Positions 33,399-41,900 of a stretch of 43,582 nucleotides of DNA are shown here, one piece after another; positions within the stretch are counted from its first letter, which is position 1, and each line of letters opens with the position of its first letter. This DNA comes from a virus (taxonomy: Duplodnaviria > Caudoviricetes), in the IMG/VR virus record IMGVR_UViG_3300037760_000034, positions 1 through 43,582 of that record, one strand, 5' to 3'. The notes below the pieces were generated by a model. It saw nothing but the letters and a program-made list of their open reading frames with translations. It was not told where the DNA came from and searched no databases. The position numbers were made by a program, and so were the translations under genes.

Positions 33399-36083
33399 GT
33401 GGGCCAGCATCCGTACCAGACCAACTTCACCGCAGGCGAGCTGACCAAAGGCCTGTGGTCACGCACCGACTACCGCAAGTACCCCAACGGCATCGAGTTC
33501 GGGATCAATGCTGTCGTCGAGGTGCAAGGCGGCGTCAGTCGACGCGCGGGCACGCAGTTCATCGCGCAGACGCGGGGCCGCTCCGCCTTCCAGGCGAGCG
33601 CGTTTCAGAACAACGCCTTCCAGGTCACGCCCAGCCGCTCGGTCATGCTGAAGGAGTTCATCTTCAATACGACCGAAGCCTACATGCTGGAGTTCGGCCC
33701 GTTCTACATCCGCTTCTATCGCAACCGGGAGCAGCTCCTGGGCACGGGCGACGGCACCGAGCTGGCGACGAACGGCGAGTTCACGTCCGACCTGTCGGGC
33801 TGGGATCTGCAGCAGGACAACGGCGGCACCGTGGTTCACTCGGCTCCGGGTATCGCGACGCTAGACCCCGGCGCGGCGGGCGTGGCGGGCATCAGCCAGC
33901 AGATCAGCGGCCTCTCGCCCGGCGAGAAGTACGTCCTGCACTTCGAGATCGGCGGGCAGCAGCTCGACTTCAACGTCGGCTCCTCGCTCGGTGCGGCGAA
34001 CGTCATCACCGAGCAGACACTCCTGTCAGGCGAGTACCGCGTGACCTTCACGGCACCGGGGGCGGGCAGCGTCTTCATCGAGTGGAAGGTATCCGGCCCC
34101 GGCGCGGTGGCGTCCCTCGACGACGTGTCGCTGCAGTTCGCGGCGCCGCTCGAAGTGACGACTCCGTACGAGCCCGAAGACATCCGCTCGTTGCGCTTCA
34201 CGCAGTCGCTCGACCAGCTCTGGATCGCGCACGACGACTACCCGGAGAAAATCCTGACCCGGCTGTCCGACGTGCTGTGGACGTTCCAGGACTCCATCCT
34301 CGTCCCGCCCCCGAGCGAAGAGGTGGACATCGAGCCGCCTGCGAAGCTGACGCCGGGCGACGTAGTGGGCCAGAACGTCCAGTTCGACGCGGACGCCAGC
34401 GTCTTCCTCGCGGCGGACGTGGGACGACAGATCAAGTCACGTGGCGGCAGCGCCTCGATCATCGTGGTGGACAGCGGCACCCAGGTCCACGCGGACATCA
34501 CCGCCGCGTTCATCTCGACGGATCAGATCCCCGCTGGACTGTGGTCGATGGACGGGTCGCCCAACTCGATCCTGACGTTCAGCGCGGCAGGCCCGGCCAA
34601 CGTCATCGTGGATCTGACGCTGACGACCGCAGGCTGGCGCTCGACCGACGTGGGCGCGTTCGTCCACGCCCTCGACGGCATCTTCGAGATCACCGAGATC
34701 AACAGCGCCACCGCTGCTCGCGCGCAGGTGATCCGCTCCATCCCTGATACCGTCCTGGTCGCGCAGGCGGGCGCATGGACGCTGGAGCGCGAGTCGTTCT
34801 CCGAGGCGCTCGGCTTCGCGGCGGTCCCCAACTTCTACGAGCAGCGCCGCTGGCTCGCGAAGGGACAGGAGATTTTCGGCTCGCGGGTGGGCGACTTCCA
34901 GAACTTTGGTCTCGGCCCCAACGACGACGATTCCGTACGCTTCCCGCTCGTGAACGGCTCGAACCAAGCCGACATCACCCGTTGGATGAAGTCGATGAAG
35001 GACATGCTCCTCGGCACTATCGGCACCGAGTACCGTGTCAACGGCGGCAGCGAGAGCACGATCACGCCGACGCAGATCCTGAACAAGCCGCAGTCCAACT
35101 GGGGCAGCGACCCCGAGCCCGACGCGATCCGCGCGGGCAAAGCGGTCATGTTCACGCAGCGGGGCCGCAGGCAGATCCGCGAGATGGGCTTCGACATCGC
35201 CGACGACGGGTTCGCCGCCGCCGACATCACCGTCCTGGCGGAGCACCTCTTCCGCTCGGGCGTCGTTCAGCTCGCCTACTGCAGCTCGCCCAGCTCGTAC
35301 GTCCTAGCTGTACTCGAAGACGGGCGCATCGCTTGCTGCACCTACTACCGCGAGGAAGAGGTGATCGCCTGGACTCAGTTCCGCCCGAGCGGTTGGGAGA
35401 TCGGGAAGGGCAAGTTCACCTCCGTCGCCGTCATGCCCTCGAAGTGCGGCAACGGTGACGAGGTGTGGTGCATCGCGGAGCGCGAGATCGGCACGCGCAC
35501 CGGCCTCTACGTCGAGGTGTTCGACGGCCAGCTCAACACCGAGTGCGCGCTCGTCTACGACGACACCATCCCGGTGGACACCGTGGTCGGCCTTACTCAC
35601 CTGGATGGCGCGGTCGTGGACATCCTCCACACCAGCCGCTCCGCATTCCAGAGGAGCGCCTTCCAGATGTCCGCCTTCCAGAAGGTGCGCGCGACGTATG
35701 CGACCGCCACCGTCGCGGCGGGTACCGTCACCCTCGCCGCGAACGAAGCCGTCCGCATCGAAGTGGGGCTCCACTACAACACCAAGATCAAGACGCTGCC
35801 GCTCGAAGCGCCCTCGCGTGAAGGGACCATCCACTTCCGCAAGAAGCGGAGTCCGACCGTCTACGTGCGCTTCCTCTGCACCAAGGGCACCGGAGTCTAC
35901 GTGAACAACCAGCTCGTTCCGCGTCGGGGTCTGGAGCTGACAGAGCTGTACGACTTCCAGCGTGAGACGAGCCTCGGATGGAATCGCCTGGAGCAGGTGA
36001 CCATCGAGCAGCGCCACCCCTTCCCCATGACTGTCCTCGGGGTCAGCCGCAACCTGATCTACGACGACGGGGAGAATCCGTGA
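33399..36083 (+). CDS. Tail tubular protein B (nozzle, gp12-like)
   Basis: QTNFTAGEL, R.D...Y, GGV.RR.GT.F, Y.LEFG..YIRFY, FYEQR, SR.GDF.NF, ITVLAEHLF motifs. Confidence 0.9.
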   Translation: MGQHPYQTNFTAGELTKGLWSRTDYRKYPNGIEFGINAVVEVQGGVSRRAGTQFIAQTRGRSAFQASAFQNNAFQVTPSRSVMLKEFIFNTTEAYMLEFGPFYIRFYRNREQLLGTGDGTELATNGEFTSDLSGWDLQQDNGGTVVHSAPGIATLDPGAAGVAGISQQISGLSPGEKYVLHFEIGGQQLDFNVGSSLGAANVITEQTLLSGEYRVTFTAPGAGSVFIEWKVSGPGAVASLDDVSLQFAAPLEVTTPYEPEDIRSLRFTQSLDQLWIAHDDYPEKILTRLSDVLWTFQDSILVPPPSEEVDIEPPAKLTPGDVVGQNVQFDADASVFLAADVGRQIKSRGGSASIIVVDSGTQVHADITAAFISTDQIPAGLWSMDGSPNSILTFSAAGPANVIVDLTLTTAGWRSTDVGAFVHALDGIFEITEINSATAARAQVIRSIPDTVLVAQAGAWTLERESFSEALGFAAVPNFYEQRRWLAKGQEIFGSRVGDFQNFGLGPNDDDSVRFPLVNGSNQADITRWMKSMKDMLLGTIGTEYRVNGGSESTITPTQILNKPQSNWGSDPEPDAIRAGKAVMFTQRGRRQIREMGFDIADDGFAAADITVLAEHLFRSGVVQLAYCSSPSSYVLAVLEDGRIACCTYYREEEVIAWTQFRPSGWEIGKGKFTSVAVMPSKCGNGDEVWCIAEREIGTRTGLYVEVFDGQLNTECALVYDDTIPVDTVVGLTHLDGAVVDILHTSRSAFQRSAFQMSAFQKVRATYATATVAAGTVTLAANEAVRIEVGLHYNTKIKTLPLEAPSREGTIHFRKKRSPTVYVRFLCTKGTGVYVNNQLVPRRGLELTELYDFQRETSLGWNRLEQVTIEQRHPFPMTVLGVSRNLIYDDGENP

Positions 36084-36544
36084 TCGAATACCGCCACATG
36101 GAGACGCCGCACGAGCAGCACGTTCGCCAGCTCGCGCGTGAAGTACACCCCTCCTGGCCGCAGCGTCCGAAGTTCTGGTTCCACGCGAACCCCACCATCG
36201 TCGCCCTGGAGAAGGGCAAGGTCGTGGGCTACGGCAGCTACACGGTGGATAACCACCCGGCAGGGAACAGCTTCATCATGTACCTTCGCGACAGCGGCGT
36301 CTCGCCCGCTGTGCAGGGACGCGGCGTCGGCCAGGCTCTCCTGAAGAAGCGGATGGACGTGGGCGCGCACCTCGGCATCCATATGTTCACCGGCTGCACT
36401 GCCCCGACGAATCTCCCGATGCGCGCGATCCTGAAGAAGGCGGGCTTCCACCAGTGCCAGCGCGTGCCGGACTACTTCGCTTTCAACGACCCGCCCGAGG
36501 ATGGTCTCATCTACATCCACACGGGCGACGAGCACGAGGACTAG
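36080..36544 (+). CDS. GNAT acetyltransferase (gp13 position)
   Basis: VSPAVQGRGVGQALL acetyl-CoA motif, N.PM..ILKKAGF. Confidence 0.85.
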   Translation: MIEYRHMETPHEQHVRQLAREVHPSWPQRPKFWFHANPTIVALEKGKVVGYGSYTVDNHPAGNSFIMYLRDSGVSPAVQGRGVGQALLKKRMDVGAHLGIHMFTGCTAPTNLPMRAILKKAGFHQCQRVPDYFAFNDPPEDGLIYIHTGDEHED

Positions 36545-36547
36545 ACC

Positions 36548-37153
36548 ATGGCGACAATCGCAACGCTCCTCATCGCAGCCGCAGGCGCGGCCATCGCCGC
36601 CTATGGAGCGTACTCGTCCGCCAAGGCCCAGCAGACGCAGCTCAAGCAGCAGGCGTACATGCAGGAGGCCGAGGCCGAGCAGGCGCGGCAGGCCGGTATC
36701 CAGGCCGCACGGCGTCAGCGCGCCAAGGACAAGGCGGCACAGGAGTCGTTCGGCGCACGCGCCGCGATGGCGGGCGTGGTCGCCCACGAAGGCTCTGCGC
36801 TCCTGACGGAGATGGACTTCGCCGAGGAGTCGGAGATGCAGGCGCTCCATGTCCAGCACGGGTACGAGGTGCAAGCCTCGCGCGCGCGGACGGAGGCGTC
36901 GTTCGCCCGCTGGCAGGCAGGCCGCATCAGCCCCATGATGGCGGCGGTCACCAGCGGGATCGGCTCTCTCGCCAGCTCGGCGGGGGGCTCGTTCGGCGGC
37001 ATCGCCACGGGCGCGACCGGAGCAGGCAAGCAGACTGGTGGCGGACTCACCACCTCTCCCACGTCCGGCGCGGCGTACAGCGCGCACCGGGCAGGTGAGC
37101 GGCAAGCATACGGCAAGAGCTGGACCAGCGACTACGCCTCGGTGGCCTACTAA
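36548..37153 (+). CDS. Internal virion/ejection protein, gp14-like
   Basis: Hydrophobic A/G-rich N-terminus, Q/A-rich helix, A.AGV...GS.L motif. Confidence 0.75.
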   Translation: MATIATLLIAAAGAAIAAYGAYSSAKAQQTQLKQQAYMQEAEAEQARQAGIQAARRQRAKDKAAQESFGARAAMAGVVAHEGSALLTEMDFAEESEMQALHVQHGYEVQASRARTEASFARWQAGRISPMMAAVTSGIGSLASSAGGSFGGIATGATGAGKQTGGGLTTSPTSGAAYSAHRAGERQAYGKSWTSDYASVAY

Positions 37154-38943
37154 TGCCCATCTTCCCGCGCTACGGCGGCATCAGCACCGACATCGCCTAC
37201 GACAAGGCGGTCGCGGCCCCGTCCGATCCTGCCCCGAAGCAGGTAGAGGCACTGGGCCAGAGCATCGAGCGCGCCGGGCTCGCGTACCACTCCGTCGCCC
37301 AGAAGCGGCAGGAGCTGAAGGACGAGGCCGAGACGCAGAAGCGGTACATGCAAGCGGTCACCGACATGGAGGGGATGACCGAAGAGCTGAACGTCCCCGT
37401 CAACGCGATGCAGGCCAAGGATCTGTTCGGCAAGTTCCTCGGCGAGCGCGAGCCGACGTGGTTCGAGGGGCTCAACTCGAAGCAGCAGGAACTTCTCCAG
37501 AAGAAGCTGTTCGCGAAGCGCCTGGAGTACACGGTCGGCAGCGCGAAGCTACAGAACCGCGCCGAGCTGGAAGACTACTCCGCCACGCTGGTGAAGACGC
37601 AGACGTGGTATGCCAACCAGGCCGCGCGCCGCGTCGAGGGCGACGACGGCTCGAAGACCCCGGAGTACATTCAGCTTGAGGATATGGTCAGGAAGGGCGT
37701 GGCGGTCGGGTACATCAAGCCCGACAAGGGCGAGGAGATCCTCGACGGCGCGCTGAAGCAGGGCGCGTACGCGCGCGTCTACCGCGCCACGGCGTCCAAC
37801 TCCAAGGAAGAGATCGAGCGCGTCCTGGAGCTGTACAAGGAGTCGGAGTCTGCGGTACGCACGGGCGAGGAAGACGCCAAAGACCCGACGTTCCTGAAGC
37901 ACATCGCTCCGAAAGAGCGCATCGAGCTGAAGAAGCAGCTTCAGGGGCGGCTGGAGTCCCTCAAGGCCGAAGACCGTCGCATCATCCGCGAGGAGCGCGA
38001 GGACACCAAGCGCCTGCACGACGAACAGTCGAAGGTGACGTACACCCTCGCGAGTCAGAAGCTGGCGGACCCCGGCAAGTATGGCACGCTCACGCGCGAA
38101 TGGCTCGACCAGCAGGCGTCGTTGCGGCTGCTCGACGGCAAAGAGTACACCTACCTCCGCGCGAAAGTGGAAGACATCGCGCGGAGCGGGACGCCTCAGA
38201 CGGGCGGGTTCGGCAACGCCGAAGTGATCGGTCGCTTCTCTGTAGAGGTGTTCGACACGTCCACGCCCGAGCAGGCCTCGCGCGTGAAGGCGAACCTCAA
38301 GGCGGCAATCGCGCGGGGCGACGTGCCCATCGGCCCCGGCTCTATCGGCTCACAGTGGCTGAACCACCTTGAAGAGAAGACGAAGGCCGGGACGGCAGGC
38401 AACCAGCCGCCGACGATGCAGCAGCAGACCGACGACCTGAAGGCGGCGGTCTCGCGCGATCTGCGGATCTCTGGCCCGATGGCGAAGATCTCCGACGCCG
38501 AGCGTACTGTCATCAGCGAAGCCAACGAGGCGTTCGACCGCAACGCAGCGGCTGGGTACAAGCGCGATCCGTGGGACATCTGGAACGAGAACATCGACAA
38601 GTGGCGTTGGCGTGTGGGCCAGCCCGGCGCGTACAAGTCGAGTGAGCTGCGTCGTTCGCTGGGCATGCCGCCGCGCCAGCGTGGCGAGAAGCTGCTCGAA
38701 AACGGTCTGTCCCAGGTACTAGAGAATAAGCGGATCGAGCTACAGGACCGCATGAAGGCAACCCCGCCCGGTGTCGCAGGCGATGCGGAGCGGAGCCAGA
38801 TCCTCGCCGAAGTACGGCAGCTCAACCGCCTTGGTGCGCTCGAATCCGTCGCCGTCGACATCGACGAGAACGTGGACACCGCAAAGCGCGCTCGTAACGA
38901 GCAGCGTGCAAACCGTCCTCCCAGCCCCAGGCGGGGACGATAG
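37153..38943 (+). CDS. Internal virion/ejection protein, gp15-like
   Basis: Helical 596-aa ORF, TAATG-coupled, between the gp14-like and giant genes. Confidence 0.7.
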   Translation: MPIFPRYGGISTDIAYDKAVAAPSDPAPKQVEALGQSIERAGLAYHSVAQKRQELKDEAETQKRYMQAVTDMEGMTEELNVPVNAMQAKDLFGKFLGEREPTWFEGLNSKQQELLQKKLFAKRLEYTVGSAKLQNRAELEDYSATLVKTQTWYANQAARRVEGDDGSKTPEYIQLEDMVRKGVAVGYIKPDKGEEILDGALKQGAYARVYRATASNSKEEIERVLELYKESESAVRTGEEDAKDPTFLKHIAPKERIELKKQLQGRLESLKAEDRRIIREEREDTKRLHDEQSKVTYTLASQKLADPGKYGTLTREWLDQQASLRLLDGKEYTYLRAKVEDIARSGTPQTGGFGNAEVIGRFSVEVFDTSTPEQASRVKANLKAAIARGDVPIGPGSIGSQWLNHLEEKTKAGTAGNQPPTMQQQTDDLKAAVSRDLRISGPMAKISDAERTVISEANEAFDRNAAAGYKRDPWDIWNENIDKWRWRVGQPGAYKSSELRRSLGMPPRQRGEKLLENGLSQVLENKRIELQDRMKATPPGVAGDAERSQILAEVRQLNRLGALESVAVDIDENVDTAKRARNEQRANRPPSPRRGR

Positions 38944-38950
38944 GAGAGCA

Positions 38951-41900
38951 ATGAACGCAGAGAAGGATCTGCTGAAGGCGTACCAGTCCGAGGACGACGA
39001 CCAATTGATGCAGTGGCTGATGCAGGAATCAGCCATAAAGCAGGAGGCGAAGCCGCCGAAGGCGAGCGAAGCCCCCAAGGTCGAGCCCGTGAAGCCGGTG
39101 GGATTCTTCAACACCATGGGCCAGGGTGTCGGCGGTGCGCTCACGTCCGCAGGCGGAGCTGTGCGCGGCGCACTCGGCGGCGAGGTGCCCGCACCGGGCG
39201 CGCCTATGTCCGATCAGCAGGGGCCGATGGGACCAGACACGCCGGAGCAGCGTGGGAAGCCAGGCGTTGGCCCGTCCATCGGCCGCGCGTTCGGCTCGTT
39301 CCTGGAGAGCGCGGGCGAGGGCTTCACCGAGGCGTCCACGCCGGGCGAGGAAGGCCCCGGCTTGCTGGAGCTGCCGGGAGGCGCCAGCGTCCCCGTACCA
39401 GAGTCCCTGATGCGCTTCCCCAGGCGCGCTATCGGTGCCGCCCAGGCGCTCTTCTCGTGGGCCAAGATCCCGGCCGGGCTCGCGGGCGACGCGATGGAGG
39501 CGGCTTCTGCGGCCAGCAATACCGATGCGGTCATCGACGAGCGCATCCGCCAGCTCGAAGCGCTGCCCGAGAGCACGCGTGAGACGAGCAACGCGGGGCA
39601 GCTCGCCTTTCTTCGCCGCTGGCGGATGATGCCGTACGACGAGCGCCAGAGGGTCGAAAACGAGAGCATGGCATTCGCGGTCGAGATCCTGTCCGGCGTC
39701 ACGCCAGGCTACACGCTGGCGGCGCGCGGCGGGAAGGCACTGCTCACCGCTCCGGCGAAAGCAGCCTCGGAAGCGGCCATCGCCGCGCGTGCGAACGTCA
39801 TCAAGGCGGCGGGCGAGAGTATCTCGATCCGCGAGGCGGAGAAGGCGACCCGCAAGGCCGAGGCAGCGGCGAAGCCCGTCGAGGAAGGCGGACCCCGTGG
39901 CCCGCTCACCCTGGCCGATCTGCGCCACGGGATGCAGCCGGAGAGCACCCCAGGCGTCAAGGCTGGCCCCAGCGCCCCCGGCTCTATCCCCGAGAACATG
40001 ATGACGTTGGAGAAGCTGAACGCCCAGCAGAAGCTGGCTATGCTCCGTGCGGAGCCCGGCGTTCAGCAGGCCATCGACGAAGTCATCCCCGACCCCCGCA
40101 CCATGGCCCGCCCTGGCGTGGGACGCACGGCCGAAGCAGCGGACTCTCGTGAGGCGCTGCGCGCCAGCGGGCGGACCCCTATCGGAGGCGACCTTCCCAG
40201 CTCCGGTGCGCCCGCGCGCCGGGCTGTAGGCGACGACCAGCTCGAAGAGATCGCGCGCGCGACCAACGAGGGCGGGGCGTCTTTCTCGCTTGACGAGGGG
40301 CGGTTGCGCCTGTCGGACGAAGGTGGGTACTACGTCGGCGGGCAGGCTGGCACCGTTCAGATCAAGGGTCGTCAGGTCACCGCCGCCGACATCGCGGACT
40401 TCGCGAAGGCGAACGAAGCGGAGCTGGCGAAGCCGGGCGCGCATATCGGCGCGGAGAAGCTGCCGGACGGCACCGTGAACCTGGACGTGAGCGTCCGGCT
40501 GGACGACGAGGCGTCCGCGTTCGGCATGGGACGCGCGCTGAAGCAGGAGCGGATCTGGGACGCATCGGGGAACAAGGCGCTCGACGTACCGCCCGAAACC
40601 TCCGTCACCGGCCACCCGTACACGAGCCCCTCCGAGCCGCTCGACGACCAGGCAATCAAGATGGCGCAGGAGTACGACGCCGCCGTGACCGACCCTGCGG
40701 CGAAGCCCGCTTGGGACGCCCTCGCGCGCGAGACGGACCGCATGTTCGATGAGATCGCGAAGAAGGTCAAGGTCGAGCGCGTCACCGGCCAGCCGTACGC
40801 TACGGCCGACGAGATGCTGGAAGACATCAAGCGTGGGAACTTCAAGGTCACGACCGACAACAGCGAGCACCCCTTCTGGTCCGTCGACGAGAACTGGAAG
40901 TTCCGCGTCGTTCACGACTACCTCGGCCACTTCGACGGGAAGGTCGACTTCTCTCTGAAGGGCGAGAAGGACGCGTACCTCCACCACGCCAAGCACCTGA
41001 CGGACCCTGCCGCGAAGGACGCCCTCCAGCTCGAAGTCTACGGACAGGCGGCGGCGAACGTCGCGCACGGCGGCGTCTTCCAGCCGCAGAAGGCGTACAT
41101 CACGAAGCAGCCGTTCGGGGAGATCAAAGACCCCAGCATCACGGCGTACCACGGGACGGCGTCGCAGTTCGACTCGTACAAGACGGGTGCAGAGACGCGC
41201 GACGGTGGCACGTGGTTCTCCGCCGACCCCGAGACGGCGGGTGCGCGCGCCATGGGCGAGGCCGGTGAGATCGCGGGTGACGCGCCGCAGGTGCGCCCCG
41301 TCGTCCTCCGCATGCAGAACATTGCCACCGAGGAGGAGTTCCGCGCCGCACGCATACTAATGCAGGGCGACACGCCGATGGCGTCCGAGCTGTTGAAGTC
41401 GAAGGGTTACGACGGCGTGGTCTTCAACCGCCCAGAGATCGGCCCGACGCCCAACTACCTCGTCTTCGACGCCAACAAGTCGGCCAACCCGCTGTACGGC
41501 TCCGTGGGGCAACCGCTGGAGACGGCTCTCCAAGCGGCCGAGCGCCGCATGGCGGAGCGGCTCGCCGCGATCAAGAGCACGCTCACAGGCGAAGCGGGCG
41601 CGGTGGATCTGCGCGGATCGTTCGCCGAAGGCTGGGAAAAGAACAAGATGCTGTGGAACGACCTGGTCACCATCGGCGCCGGTCGCCTGTGGGAGATGCA
41701 GTCGGTCATGGCGAACAAGTACCAGCAGTGGTCGGCGAAGATGCTCGCGGCGTACGGTGATCTCATCAAGCCCCAGCTCCCGCGCATCTTCGAGCAGTCG
41801 CAGAAGCGCTTCGACGACATCCTTGCGAAGGTTGAGCGGAAGATGGGGAAAGAGCTGCCTGCACTGTCGCAAGTCCTGGAGCTGTACCACCGGGGCGAGG

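Noticed and set aside
37069-37080. Partial motif match CGCGGCGTACAG upstream of the gp15-like gene
   Set aside because: The AGTGA half is absent and it encodes GAAYS; cannot be supported as a fourth copy.
41745-41760. Partial match to the 19-bp motif (TCGCGGCGTACGGTGA)
   Set aside because: Lacks TATAG, lies mid-gene encoding LAAYG; expected by chance in GC-rich coding DNA.
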